From NCBI GenBank assembly GCA_051418015.1, contig JBPRGF010000017.1, forward strand, positions 256,001 to 320,000: a stretch of DNA of 64,000 nt, given 5' to 3'. Position numbers and translations under genes: made by a program. This DNA comes from Candidatus Nitrospinota bacterium M3_3B_026. Lineage in GTDB: Bacteria > Nitrospinota_A > UBA7883 > JBPRGF01. Under the pieces are notes generated by a model that did no database searches, was not told the origin of the DNA, and saw only the letters and a program-made list of their open reading frames with translations. Shown here piece by piece: positions 18,592 to 28,490 of this stretch (the first letter of the stretch is position 1; each line of letters begins with the position of its first letter).

Positions 18592-20562
18592 TCACGCCTT
18601 TGTCTTCGCCGTCCACGCCTTCTCCTCCGCGCGCGGCGCGGCGCTCTCCCGCAGGGTTATAGTGAAAACGCTCCCCGCTCCCGGATCGCTTTCCACCTCG
18701 ATGGAGCCGCCGAACCCCCTGACCAGCCCGTAGCTGATGGAAAGGCCCAGGCCCGTCCCCTGTCCCGCCTCCTTGGTGGTGAAGAAGGGCTCGAAAAGAC
18801 GCGCCCTGACCTCCTCGGGTATGCCGTGGCCGGTGTCCGATATGGTGAGCCTCACGGCGCCCCGGCCATCCGCGGCGGCCCGGATGACGATCTCGCCGCC
18901 GGGCTCCGTGGCCTGGTAGGCGTTGGTCACTATGTTATAGACGACCTGCTCCATCCCCACCGGCGACCCAAGAACGGCGGGCAGGGCCGGGTCAATCTCG
19001 ACGCGCAGACCTACCCCCTTCTTTCTTATGGGATGCTCTATGAGGCTGACCACCCTCCTCACCGACTCGCCGAGGTCCATGGGAACGGGCTCCCCGGAGG
19101 GCTCCCGGGAGAAGGTGAGCAGATTCGCGGCTATGCGCCCTATGCGGACGGCGTGCCCCTTCAGCGTCTCCAGGTCCTTTTTCACCCTCTCCGTGTTCCC
19201 CTTGGCGATGTCCTTCTCCATCAGCTCTAGCCGCGTCACTATTATGGAAATGGGGTTGTTCACCTCGTGGGCCACGCCAGCGGAGAGAAACCCTATGGCG
19301 GCGAGCTTCTCCGACTGCATGAGTCTGCGCTCCACCTGTTTTATCTGGCGCGTCCTCTCCTCGACCTTTTTCTCGAGCGAGTCCTGGTACTCCTGCACGG
19401 CCTCGGCCATGTCGTTGAACGCCTTCGCCAGCGACTCCAGCTCGTCGCCGGACTTTATGTCGATCCTGTGGCCCAGCCTGTTGGTGGCGAGAGCCTCGGC
19501 GCCGCGGCGCAGCCTGGAGATGTTCCTGGTGAGCGCCCGGGAGACGGCCATGGCCGCCACGGCTGTCAGCGCGAGCGCTCCCAGCGCCCCGATTATGTAC
19601 ATCCACCATATCTTTTCGATTTTCGGGGCGAAATCGCTCCTGGGATAACGGTCGAAGACGACATAGTAGAAATCGCGGTTGCCTATTTGCGGGTAGATGG
19701 AGCTGAAGGCGTACAGATACTTCGGGGCGTCGGAGATGACGCCGTGGCGGCCGGAGAGTATCTGCGCCATCACGCTCTCCGGCGCGTCGTCCAGCGGCCC
19801 CGCGCCAAGGGCCGGGACATGGGAAGGCGCGGCGGGAGGGTTTTCCCCGTAAGGGTCGTATATGTATTTTCCTTCGTGGGTGACTAGGGCGGCTTCTCGC
19901 CTCCTCTCGAAGGACGTATGCCCAAGAGCGGTCATTATCTCAGACCCGTTGAGGTCTATATAGATGACGCCCCTGGGTTTTCCCATCCTGTCGAACACCT
20001 TGGTGGCGTAGCGAACCAGGGTCACATCCTCCAGGCTCCTCGAGGGATCCATGGAGCTTCTCATGGGGATGGCCGCCACGGCGAGGTCCTCAAGCTGCGC
20101 CGCCTGGACATAGTACGGGGCGGTGAGCCTGTTCCGTTTCTGGTCATCTTCCAGGGCGGCCAGCTTATCGCCGGCCTTGCGGACCACAACGGACTCGTTC
20201 CCGTACTCGTCCAGGAGCCCCGCCTCCGAGTAGCCGCCCTTTATGCTGAGGAACAGCATGAACTCCCGCTCCACCAGCGATTTCCAGTATATCGCGGCCT
20301 GCGGCTTTTCCCTTGGAACGTCCAGGAGAAGCTCCAGGGCGAGGCTCGAGCGCAGGTAGTTTATGTCCGCGTGGGCGTTTATGAATACCCGCTCTATCTC
20401 CTTCGACCTGGTGATCGCGTTCAGGAGGATGGTCTTGAGCGCCTCGTCCTGGACGGCGGCCCTGGCGGCCTTCAGGTCCTGGTAGCCGAAGTAGCCTATC
20501 GGCAGAAAGGCCACCAGCAGCAGGGCCGCCATGAACTTTTTCCAGATACGGTTGAACATCAA
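18592..20562 (-). CDS. Membrane sensor histidine kinase (periplasmic Cache-like domain, HAMP, HisKA, HATPase)
   Basis: Two TMs, SGDELESLAKAFNDM, SEKLAAIG...AHEVNNP, DTGHGI, FEPFFTTK, GTGLGL. Confidence 0.93.
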   Translation of the reverse strand: MMFNRIWKKFMAALLLVAFLPIGYFGYQDLKAARAAVQDEALKTILLNAITRSKEIERVFINAHADINYLRSSLALELLLDVPREKPQAAIYWKSLVEREFMLFLSIKGGYSEAGLLDEYGNESVVVRKAGDKLAALEDDQKRNRLTAPYYVQAAQLEDLAVAAIPMRSSMDPSRSLEDVTLVRYATKVFDRMGKPRGVIYIDLNGSEIMTALGHTSFERRREAALVTHEGKYIYDPYGENPPAAPSHVPALGAGPLDDAPESVMAQILSGRHGVISDAPKYLYAFSSIYPQIGNRDFYYVVFDRYPRSDFAPKIEKIWWMYIIGALGALALTAVAAMAVSRALTRNISRLRRGAEALATNRLGHRIDIKSGDELESLAKAFNDMAEAVQEYQDSLEKKVEERTRQIKQVERRLMQSEKLAAIGFLSAGVAHEVNNPISIIVTRLELMEKDIAKGNTERVKKDLETLKGHAVRIGRIAANLLTFSREPSGEPVPMDLGESVRRVVSLIEHPIRKKGVGLRVEIDPALPAVLGSPVGMEQVVYNIVTNAYQATEPGGEIVIRAAADGRGAVRLTISDTGHGIPEEVRARLFEPFFTTKEAGQGTGLGLSISYGLVRGFGGSIEVESDPGAGSVFTITLRESAAPRAEEKAWTAKTKA

Positions 20563-20588
20563 GCGCTCCCCCTCGTCCGCTCACGTCC

Positions 20589-21410
20589 TCAAAGAGACCC
20601 CGCCACGTCCACGTCCGCGGCGTCCTTCACGAGCCTGAACCCTATGATGTGGCTCACGGCGCCCCTGGGCACGAACTCCCTGTGGGCCGCCCGGGCGTTG
20701 ATCGAAAGGTCCACCCACGAGGCGCCCTTGACCACGGCCATTTTGTGGCCGATGTCTTCCGTGGCGGTCCATTCCCTTACGTTGCCGCCCATGTCGTGGA
20801 CACCGTAGGGGCTGACGTCGCCCTCGGCTATCTCCACGGGATTGGCGGAGTTGGCCGAGCAAAGCGCGCCGTATATGTACTTGATGTCAGATTCCGCCGT
20901 GGCGGCTTTGTAAGGGTCGAACCGGTCGCCCCAGGGGTATATCCTCCCATCGGCGCCCCGGGCGGCCTTTTCCCATTCCGCCTCCGTCGGCAGCCTCTTG
21001 CCGGCCCATCTTGCGTATGCTTCGGCGTCCTCCTTGGACACGTACAGGACGGGGCTGTCCCCCCTTCCCGCCTCGTATTTTCCGCCGAGCCAGCTTCTCG
21101 GCGCGCGGTGGCCCGTGGCCTTGACGAATTCGTAATACTCCTCGTTGGTCACCTCGTGCCGGTCTATGTAAAAGGCTTTCAGCCGCACCTTCCTCTTGGG
21201 CGTCTCCGCGTCGAAGGCGTAGTCCCGGTACATCCTTCTCTTCCCGTAAGCGGCCCTGACCTGCTCCACCTCCTCGGCGGAGCTGCCCATCAGGAATTCT
21301 CCACCCGGAATGAAGACCATCCCTTCGGGAGACCTCGCCGCCGGAGAGCCTCCCGCCGCCAGGACGGTGGCGATTACGACAAGCGTTCCGATCAGACACA
21401 GGTTTCTCAT
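20589..21410 (-). CDS. FGE/SUMF1-domain (NirV-like) secreted protein 1
   Basis: FYIDRHEVTN, RLPTEAEWEKAARG, DMGGNVREW, IGFRL; ATG at 21410 preferred as start. Confidence 0.88.
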   Translation of the reverse strand: MRNLCLIGTLVVIATVLAAGGSPAARSPEGMVFIPGGEFLMGSSAEEVEQVRAAYGKRRMYRDYAFDAETPKRKVRLKAFYIDRHEVTNEEYYEFVKATGHRAPRSWLGGKYEAGRGDSPVLYVSKEDAEAYARWAGKRLPTEAEWEKAARGADGRIYPWGDRFDPYKAATAESDIKYIYGALCSANSANPVEIAEGDVSPYGVHDMGGNVREWTATEDIGHKMAVVKGASWVDLSINARAAHREFVPRGAVSHIIGFRLVKDAADVDVAGSL

Positions 21411-22888
21411 GCCGGCTCCTTTACACATACAAAGTCGTATTTTCCGTTCTCCTTTTTCATCAACTCGAATATGTACGGGTCCTTGACGGCCTCGCCGTCC
21501 TCCGAGATGGACGTGGGGCCGGTGACGCCGTGAAAATCCTTTATGGAAAGAAGCGCTTCGCGGACGTGGCTCGGACGCATGGACTTCGCCCTCTCGATCG
21601 CCTCGGCCAGCATGTTGTAAGCGTCGTAGCTCAGCGCGGCCAGACGCGAGGGGGGCTTGCCGAATCTCTTGATGTACTTCTCCACGAACGTCCTGACCTT
21701 CGGGTCGGCCGAATTCGCGTTGAACCCCCCGTAGACCACGGTCCCCGCCGCTTTCGGGCCGATGGAGGTATACTCGGAGACCATCAGGTCCTCGGAGCCG
21801 ACCAAGGGGATGCCGAGCCCGAGCTTGCGCAGTTCGGTGACCACCTCCGCGCCTTCCATTGCGTCGCCGGTGTAGATGAGCGCGTCCGGCGTGTTCTCCT
21901 TCAGCTTGGCAAGCTGGCGGGCGACGCTGGTCTGTTCCTCCGTCATGTACGTCGTCCCCTCGTCCCAGACAGCGAGATCATGGGTAAGCTCGAGGTTTTG
22001 GTCGTAGATGGCGCTTTTGAAGGAGGCGCTGAGCTTCACGGAATAGTCGTTCACAAGCGATGTGAACAGGGCGAATTTTTTCCATCCCCTTTCCGCGGCC
22101 AGGTGCTCGATCAGCTTTTTGATCGCCCGGACGTCGTCCATGGTGTTGCGGAAGTTGTAGGGGCCCGTGTCCCCCAGCCTGCGGCGGGACCCGGCGGAGA
22201 TCATAATGAGCTGCCCTTCGTTTACGGCCTTGTTGGCCGAGAAGCTCACCTCGCCCGTCGCCGCCCCCACAACGGCCAACACGTCCCTGTCCAGGAACGC
22301 CTCCACGCCGAGTTGGGCTCCTCTCATCTTCCCCTTGGTGTCGAAGACGAGGAGCTCGAACTCCATCCCCTTTATCCCTTCCTTCTCCATGCGTTCGTCC
22401 GAGGCCAGCTCCGCGCCGTTGGAGGCGTCAATGCCGTATTCCTCGAGCTCGCCGGAGATGGGGGCCAGGACTCCTATCCGCGCCTTTTTTTCTTTTTCGC
22501 GCATTATCTGCGCCTCGCTCTTCACGCCGTAGCCGACCTCCGGCGGCGTCTTCTCCCTGACCTCCACCGTTTCCACCGGCGCGGGAGCAGGCGCAGGCTC
22601 CGCCGCCTCCTGCCGGGGCCGCTCTTCACCGGGGGCGCTTTCCGGCGGCTCTTCGGCGGGCTTGGTCTCTTGTTCGGCCCCGGGCGCCTTTTCTGCCACG
22701 GCGCTGGGGCCGGCCTGCGAGGGCTGTTTCTCAGCCTCCGGCTTTTCAGTCTCACAGCCGCTGAGCCCCGCGGCGGCCAGCGCGGCCACGAGCAGCAGCG
22801 CGGACGACGCCGACGCAACGCGGCGGGAGGCGATCTTGAAATGAAAGCTTGTAAATTTCCTCTCGAATATGGTGAAATTGTGTCTCAT
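21407..22888 (-). CDS. Periplasmic binding protein type 1 (Leu/Ile/Val-like) lipoprotein, stand-alone
   Basis: Lipobox GLSGC, Pro/Glu-rich linker, IGVLAPISG, AALSYDA, FHGVTG; the 5' extension in the ORF track overlaps the divergent gene. Confidence 0.85.
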   Translation of the reverse strand: MRHNFTIFERKFTSFHFKIASRRVASASSALLLVAALAAAGLSGCETEKPEAEKQPSQAGPSAVAEKAPGAEQETKPAEEPPESAPGEERPRQEAAEPAPAPAPVETVEVREKTPPEVGYGVKSEAQIMREKEKKARIGVLAPISGELEEYGIDASNGAELASDERMEKEGIKGMEFELLVFDTKGKMRGAQLGVEAFLDRDVLAVVGAATGEVSFSANKAVNEGQLIMISAGSRRRLGDTGPYNFRNTMDDVRAIKKLIEHLAAERGWKKFALFTSLVNDYSVKLSASFKSAIYDQNLELTHDLAVWDEGTTYMTEEQTSVARQLAKLKENTPDALIYTGDAMEGAEVVTELRKLGLGIPLVGSEDLMVSEYTSIGPKAAGTVVYGGFNANSADPKVRTFVEKYIKRFGKPPSRLAALSYDAYNMLAEAIERAKSMRPSHVREALLSIKDFHGVTGPTSISEDGEAVKDPYIFELMKKENGKYDFVCVKEPA

Positions 22889-22952
22889 AATGATAGGTTG
22901 TCTAAACTTCAAGGCATTCCTGCCTAGCTTGAAAAAGAGGGAGGGAGATATT

Positions 22953-23597
22953 TTGCGTTTCAATTCAATCACCATCATAACGGTTTTATCGATAGCTCTC
23001 ATGTCGTTCTCCGTTTCATCGGCGAGCGCGGCCGAAATGGTAGAGGTCCCCGGCGGCGAGTTCAAATCCGGTCCGGACCTGAAGGTTGTAAAGGTCGATT
23101 CTTTCGCCATCGACAAATACGAAGTAACCAACGCCAAGTGGAAAGAGTTCAAGGAAGATTTTGACATTCCCGCCGGCAAGGAGAACCACCCGGTAACGGA
23201 GGTTTCCTATTTCGAGGCGGCCGAGTACTGCAAGTCGCAGGACAAAAGGATCCCCACCGCTCTCGAGTGGGAGAAAGCCGCCCGGGGCGCCGACGGCAGA
23301 CTCTACCCGTGGGGCAACGAGTTCGACAAGAACAAGGCCAACACCCTGGAGAGCGGCGTCAACGGCACGACTCCCGTCGGCGACTATGAGGCCGGCGCGA
23401 GCCCCTACGGCGCGCTGAACATGACCGGCAACGTCTGGGAGTGGACCGACGGCTGGGGCGACGAGTCCATGAAACAGTACCGGTTGACCATGGGTGGGTC
23501 CTTCTTCGACGACAAGAGCAAGGGCAAGGTGTTCTCCACCCTCAAGAGCATCCCGGACGACATACACACGTACATAGGCTTCCGTTGCGCCAAGTGA
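22953..23597 (+). CDS. FGE/SUMF1-domain secreted protein 2
   Basis: FAIDKYEVTN, RIPTALEWEKAARG, NMTGNVWEW, IGFRC; TTG start after GAGGGAGGGAG. Confidence 0.88.
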   Translation: MRFNSITIITVLSIALMSFSVSSASAAEMVEVPGGEFKSGPDLKVVKVDSFAIDKYEVTNAKWKEFKEDFDIPAGKENHPVTEVSYFEAAEYCKSQDKRIPTALEWEKAARGADGRLYPWGNEFDKNKANTLESGVNGTTPVGDYEAGASPYGALNMTGNVWEWTDGWGDESMKQYRLTMGGSFFDDKSKGKVFSTLKSIPDDIHTYIGFRCAK

Positions 23598-23634
23598 GAC
23601 AGCGCGGCGGGAACAGGCCGGGGGAGGCGAGGCA

Positions 23635-24084
23635 GTGTTCATGACAAAGCCTCCAGTCTCGCGGGCCGGGGCGATCGCCGTTATCGCGATAGCGGCGGCG
23701 ATCCTCTCCGGCTGCTCGGAGGAGATGGGCGCGCCCTCTTTTTTGAGCAAGGGAGGGAGCGGCTCCGGCCAGAAGTTTTTCACACCCCCGGAGGAGGACA
23801 TAGTCGAGGACGAGGCGACGGGACTGAAGATAGCGAAAAACGCCATCAACGTCCATTTCTCGCCCAAGCTCGATGAGGCGTCAATCAAGAAAATCATATC
23901 TTCCATCAACGGGGAGATCGTCGGGTACGACAAATCGGCGAATCTTTACCAATTGCGCTTTCCGGGCAAGAGCCTCGAGGAAGTCGACAAGATACGGATG
24001 AGACTGCTCGCCGAGCATAAAGAGGTCGAAGCGGCCTCGAGGCTTGCCGTCTCGGCGCATAAAAACCCCTATTACGCCAAGTAA
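23635..24084 (+). CDS. Hypothetical lipoprotein, resembling a subtilase N-terminal propeptide-like fold
   Basis: Lipobox ILSGC; NAINVHF...IISSINGEIVG...LYQLRF. Confidence 0.65.
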   Translation: MFMTKPPVSRAGAIAVIAIAAAILSGCSEEMGAPSFLSKGGSGSGQKFFTPPEEDIVEDEATGLKIAKNAINVHFSPKLDEASIKKIISSINGEIVGYDKSANLYQLRFPGKSLEEVDKIRMRLLAEHKEVEAASRLAVSAHKNPYYAK

Positions 24085-24086
24085 GG

Positions 24087-24410
24087 TCAGAATATCTCCA
24101 CCTTCCTAAGGGTCATCCCGACCTCGCTGTTGTAAAACTCTATGTAGCCCTTGAGGTCCGGGTCGATCTTGAGCAGGGCTTCCTTGGCCTTTTCGCCCTG
24201 CTGGAAGGTCACGTTCTCTCCGACCTCCACCTTTATGATCGTCTTGCCCCCCTCATCCTTCACTTCGTAAAGCTGCCAGCCGCTGTTCATCTCGCTTAAG
24301 GCCGCGGCGAACTTGTCCGTCCTCTCATCCCCGCTCGTGCAAGCGGCGAAGGCCAGGACGAATCCGGCGGCGGCGAGCATGGCGGCGGTTTTTCTCATCC
24401 AGAAAGTCAT
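24087..24410 (-). CDS. Hypothetical lipoprotein
   Basis: Lipobox FAAC; AGGAGG RBS. Confidence 0.7.
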   Translation of the reverse strand: MTFWMRKTAAMLAAAGFVLAFAACTSGDERTDKFAAALSEMNSGWQLYEVKDEGGKTIIKVEVGENVTFQQGEKAKEALLKIDPDLKGYIEFYNSEVGMTLRKVEIF

Positions 24411-24471
24411 TTGACATCCCCTCCTTTCCAGCCCGGGCCGGCGCTCACTGGAGAGCGGCCCGGACCCTTGT

Positions 24472-24861
24472 TCAATCGTTGTTTACGCTTTTGAGGAAGG
24501 CTATTACATCCCTCCTGTTCTTCTCGTCCTGCATGGACTTGAGCTTCGGCATCTTCTTCTTGTACTTCTCCAGAAGCTCCAGGGCGACGGAGTCGCCGTT
24601 TTTTATCATGGCTTCAGGGTCCTTGAGCCACTGGTCCAGCCACTCGTCGGACCGCCGCGCCGTCACCCCTTTCAGGCTCGGGCCCACTTTCATCCCTTCC
24701 GTGAGGCGGTGACACGCCTTGCACTTCCTTTTGAACAGCTCCTCACCGGCGCCTATGTCCTGCGCAGGGGAGGAGGCCGCAGGAAGGAGAAAGGACGTCA
24801 TCACCAGCAAAACAGCGCCTAGTCTCATCTGCCTGAACCTCTCCTTTCCCGCGCGTGTCAT
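24472..24861 (-). CDS. Class I monoheme cytochrome c
   Basis: CKACH, GPSLKGV, KMP distal Met; alternative start at 24828. Confidence 0.9.
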   Translation of the reverse strand: MTRAGKERFRQMRLGAVLLVMTSFLLPAASSPAQDIGAGEELFKRKCKACHRLTEGMKVGPSLKGVTARRSDEWLDQWLKDPEAMIKNGDSVALELLEKYKKKMPKLKSMQDEKNRRDVIAFLKSVNND

Positions 24862-25511
24862 TTTTCGAGAAACACCGTTTTAAGGCCTATGCCCATGCTG
24901 CTCCAGACTATCTTTCCCTTGCGCACGCCGGGCAGGTGTTTCTTCACTATCTCCTTGGCCTTCCGGCTTTCGTCCATGCCTATCCTCGGGGTGAACGAGC
25001 CGCCGGTCGCCTCCTTGACGTCGATCTGTACCTCCAGACTGCCATCGGGGTTGACGTCGAAGGATCTGATCCTCCAAGCGCCATCCCCAAGCTCGGTGAT
25101 CTCCTCCTTGGTCTCCTCGACGGCCTCCGGGTCCAGCGACTGTTTCTTCCTTCGCTCGATGAGCTTGCCGAGGTTCTGCTCGACGGCGGCGTACAGGCGC
25201 CCGTCGCCGGTCTCTTCCTCGTACATCCTGCTGATAATCAGCGCGATGTTGAAAAGAAAGTCCTGCTCGGGCGGGATGGATCTGGAGGACATGGCGTACT
25301 CGACCATGGCCTGAACCTCCGGGGGGAACTCGTCCGTTCTGGTCCTGACAAGCTCCCTCATTCCTTCTTCGTCCTTGTTGTCGTAAGCTTCTATGAAAAG
25401 ATTACCCACGCTGGGCTCACGCCCCTGCGCCAGCGCCTCGGGGGCGAGCGAAGCCATGACCGCCGCCGCCAGCGCCGCCGCCAAAACAATCGATCTGGCG
25501 AATAGACACAT
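24858..25511 (-). CDS. Hypothetical secreted protein
   Basis: Signal peptide (..APEALA); ATG at 25511, just after the DUF4340 gene stop. Confidence 0.7.
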   Translation of the reverse strand: MCLFARSIVLAAALAAAVMASLAPEALAQGREPSVGNLFIEAYDNKDEEGMRELVRTRTDEFPPEVQAMVEYAMSSRSIPPEQDFLFNIALIISRMYEEETGDGRLYAAVEQNLGKLIERRKKQSLDPEAVEETKEEITELGDGAWRIRSFDVNPDGSLEVQIDVKEATGGSFTPRIGMDESRKAKEIVKKHLPGVRKGKIVWSSMGIGLKTVFLEK

Positions 25512-25525
25512 AACGTATCCCTTTA

Positions 25526-26893
25526 CTAAAAATAGGTCTTTAAAATCCGCCTTACACGGCCATCCAGCGTCACGACGTCCTCGCTGGCTCCGGGCTTGGC
25601 ATAGACACGGCCCGCGGGCGTGTCGGCGCCCACGCTGAGAGATATTGGCGTCGGGTTTCCCTCGGGCCACATTAAAAGCCTCATCTCGGGAGGGGCGAGC
25701 CCGTACTCCGAGAGCCCGCCGCCGCTCGAAACCTCGACAAACTCTTCTATTCTCAGGCTCATCAGATCATTCAGGAACTCCTTGACGAGGTTGAAGTCCA
25801 TCTTCTCCCCTTCAAGGCCTCCGCGCCTCCAGTTCTTGTTCGTGTCCCTGACGAGGACGACGGAGCCGGTGGAGTCGTGTATCTCCACGCGCTCCAGCTT
25901 GTTCTGGTCGAAGAAGAAAAGCTCCTTGCTCCGAAGCTCGTTCACGCTCCTTGGCATGGCGTGAACCACATCCTCCTCCAGCACGAATATGTTGTCTCTG
26001 TCGGACATGGAGCAGTAGTAGCCGCGCTTCTCCGGGCTGCGGTCGCCCACGCTGATCTTGAGCGACGGCTCCGAGTCCCCGGACACCCAAAGCAGCAACT
26101 CCAGGGAGGGCTTGTCCAGTCCGTAGCGCCCCAGGTCCTCCTTGCTCTCGGCCTCGAAGGCCTTCACCTCCGTGTTTTTGAACATGCTCAGAAGCTCAAA
26201 GACCTTCATATGGTCGGCCCGGGCCTCGATCGGCTTCTCTATGACCCACCTGCCGGTGTCCGGCAGGGCCACGCGGGCGTTCATGCCGGGCCTGCTTATG
26301 ACCATCTGGTCTATCATCACCGGGTTGATCCTGAGGACGCTTTTATCGCGGAAGAAATAGACGTCCTTGTTCGCCTCCGCCTTGGCGTCGGCCAGAACGC
26401 GGTAGACCGGTTTCTTCCCTTCCAGCATGGCGAAGGCCACGCCCATCGTGGGCGCCCTGTCGCCGAACACCAGGGTGGTAGGGGTGAGGTCCTTGCCCAC
26501 CTTCAGGGTCAGCCGCAGGGTGGGGCGGGCCAGCCCGAACTCAACCAGACGCTCGGGGGAAGGGTTCGGGTCCATCACGTAATCGGCGTCGTTGCGGGAG
26601 GCCGTGACGTGCCCCAGGAACTTCTCCACAACATCGTAGTTAGCCTTGGCCTTGATCGGCTCCACGATCCGCCAGCCGTCCTCCCACCGCTCAAGCTCTA
26701 TCTCGCTTTTCTGTCCGTCCGCCTCTTTTTCGATCTGTATCGCCAGGACGTCCTTTTTCTCAAAAGGCAAAAGCTTTGCGGCCTCTTCCTTTTCCTTCTC
26801 CTCGATCCTGGTCTTCTCGAAATCCAGGTATGTGTAGCCGGCCACCGCCACCAGGGCGATGACCCAGAGGAAAGTGCTCTTAAAATACCTCAT
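25526..26893 (-). CDS. DUF4340-domain protein (Gld-type ABC accessory)
   Basis: N-terminal TM; three repeats of W.I..P...AD / L..YGL..P. Confidence 0.85.
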   Translation of the reverse strand: MRYFKSTFLWVIALVAVAGYTYLDFEKTRIEEKEKEEAAKLLPFEKKDVLAIQIEKEADGQKSEIELERWEDGWRIVEPIKAKANYDVVEKFLGHVTASRNDADYVMDPNPSPERLVEFGLARPTLRLTLKVGKDLTPTTLVFGDRAPTMGVAFAMLEGKKPVYRVLADAKAEANKDVYFFRDKSVLRINPVMIDQMVISRPGMNARVALPDTGRWVIEKPIEARADHMKVFELLSMFKNTEVKAFEAESKEDLGRYGLDKPSLELLLWVSGDSEPSLKISVGDRSPEKRGYYCSMSDRDNIFVLEEDVVHAMPRSVNELRSKELFFFDQNKLERVEIHDSTGSVVLVRDTNKNWRRGGLEGEKMDFNLVKEFLNDLMSLRIEEFVEVSSGGGLSEYGLAPPEMRLLMWPEGNPTPISLSVGADTPAGRVYAKPGASEDVVTLDGRVRRILKTYF

Positions 26894-26915
26894 AGCTCCA
26901 TCCCCGGGCCGGAGA

Positions 26916-28484
26916 TCACCTGAACCACTTCCGGCGGCTGTATATCCCGACGCCGGTCATCAAGACCGCCGACGGAACCATCACCACGGGTATCCAGAAG
27001 ATGGCGCGCCCCTGGGAGGCCGTGAGCACCACCGGCGTGACGTTTTCCTTCCTGGCCCGCACGGCGACAAGGTCCGCCTCGTCGGCCAGCCAGCTGACGG
27101 TGTTCAGGAACAGGTCCCCGTTGCCGGCGAGGTTGATATTCGTGTTGTTGGCGAAGTCGGAGTCGCCCACCAGGATCATCTTCCCGTAGCGTTTCCGCTC
27201 CGCGCCATCCTCGTCCTTGACAGGCGGAGCCTCCACGGTGGTCACGGCCATTATGGGGATGGGGCCGCGCTTCTCCCTCTCCTCGTCGTATTCGGCGTTC
27301 CCGGACTCCAGCTGGTCCTTATCCACCTCGGTCCAGCTGTTCGGGCCTGTCTCGGCCAGCTGGTAGCGGCCCTTCTTCTTGTCCTCGTCTATGTAGACGG
27401 AGTTGGCTATGGCGAAATACGTGGCCAGGTTGAACCCTTCCGTCAGCGGGTGCTCCTTGTTGTAGGAGTAGACCACCGGCGTCAGGTAGTTCGCCCCGTA
27501 AACCTGGCTCTGCTGGTCTATGATGACGTCGTCCTGGAGCTTGAACCCGTAGTTTTCAAGCCATGTCTTCAGCGTGGGCGGATGGCCTGGGTCTATCTGG
27601 ACGAGCAGGGCGCCGCCTCTCCTGAAATAGTCGTCCAGCCTCTCCAGCTCCTCCTTCGCCAGCGGGCGCTGGGGGCTGGCCAGAATCACCACCGAGGCGT
27701 CCTCGGGGATCTTGTCGTGGCGCAACAGCAGAAGCTCCTTCACCTCGTACCCCTCGCCGATGACGGCCTCCCGGGCGGCCTGGTAGCCGTGCTTCTGCTG
27801 GGAGGTCAGATCCTTTTCCCCGTGACCCTTGATGAAGTAGATCACCTTCTTCTTGTCCTGCAACAGCTTTATGAGCCCGTTGGTGATCTTCTCCTCTTTC
27901 TCATTGCCCACCTTGACCTGCTCGCCGCCCGACATCAGCAGAATGATCCGATACTCCGACACGCCGTACTTGGAGGCGAGGCCGGGGTTCCTGTCCGGGT
28001 CGATGAAAGTGTAGGAGAAGTTGGGCGACTCGCTGGCGTACTCCTCCAGCAGGTCCTTGGCCCGCTGCCTGAACTGGGCGTGCATGGTACCGGACTCCGA
28101 CCGGTAGAACGCCACCACCTTCACCGGCTTCTCCAGGTTTTTGAGTATCTTCCTCGTCTGCGAGGAGAGGGTGAACCTTCCCGTCTCCGTAAGGTCGATG
28201 CGCTCCTTGTGCGCCTCGCCCAGGGCGCCCATGAAGACCAGCACCCCAAAGAACACGGCCACCATCACGACCATGTTGGCGCCGTAGCGGGCGCTTTTCC
28301 GGACCAGTGTCTTCTTTATCTCGCCGAACTTGGCGTAAAGCAGAAACAGGGCCAGCAGAAGACCGACCCACAACAGGCCGGCGGAGGTGATCGACACGAC
28401 CCCCTCTATGGCGTATACGCTGACGCCGCCCGCTATGAGGACGGCGCTTACCGCTGACAGTATTAGAGCAGGCGCGAGTCTCAT
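26916..28484 (-). CDS. GldG-family ABC transporter auxiliary protein
   Basis: DLT....TLS.QT, IDPDRNP, YFIKGHGE, VGDSDF, N.DLFLN.V.WL. Confidence 0.88.
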   Translation of the reverse strand: MRLAPALILSAVSAVLIAGGVSVYAIEGVVSITSAGLLWVGLLLALFLLYAKFGEIKKTLVRKSARYGANMVVMVAVFFGVLVFMGALGEAHKERIDLTETGRFTLSSQTRKILKNLEKPVKVVAFYRSESGTMHAQFRQRAKDLLEEYASESPNFSYTFIDPDRNPGLASKYGVSEYRIILLMSGGEQVKVGNEKEEKITNGLIKLLQDKKKVIYFIKGHGEKDLTSQQKHGYQAAREAVIGEGYEVKELLLLRHDKIPEDASVVILASPQRPLAKEELERLDDYFRRGGALLVQIDPGHPPTLKTWLENYGFKLQDDVIIDQQSQVYGANYLTPVVYSYNKEHPLTEGFNLATYFAIANSVYIDEDKKKGRYQLAETGPNSWTEVDKDQLESGNAEYDEEREKRGPIPIMAVTTVEAPPVKDEDGAERKRYGKMILVGDSDFANNTNINLAGNGDLFLNTVSWLADEADLVAVRARKENVTPVVLTASQGRAIFWIPVVMVPSAVLMTGVGIYSRRKWFR

Positions 28485-28490
28485 GCTAGC

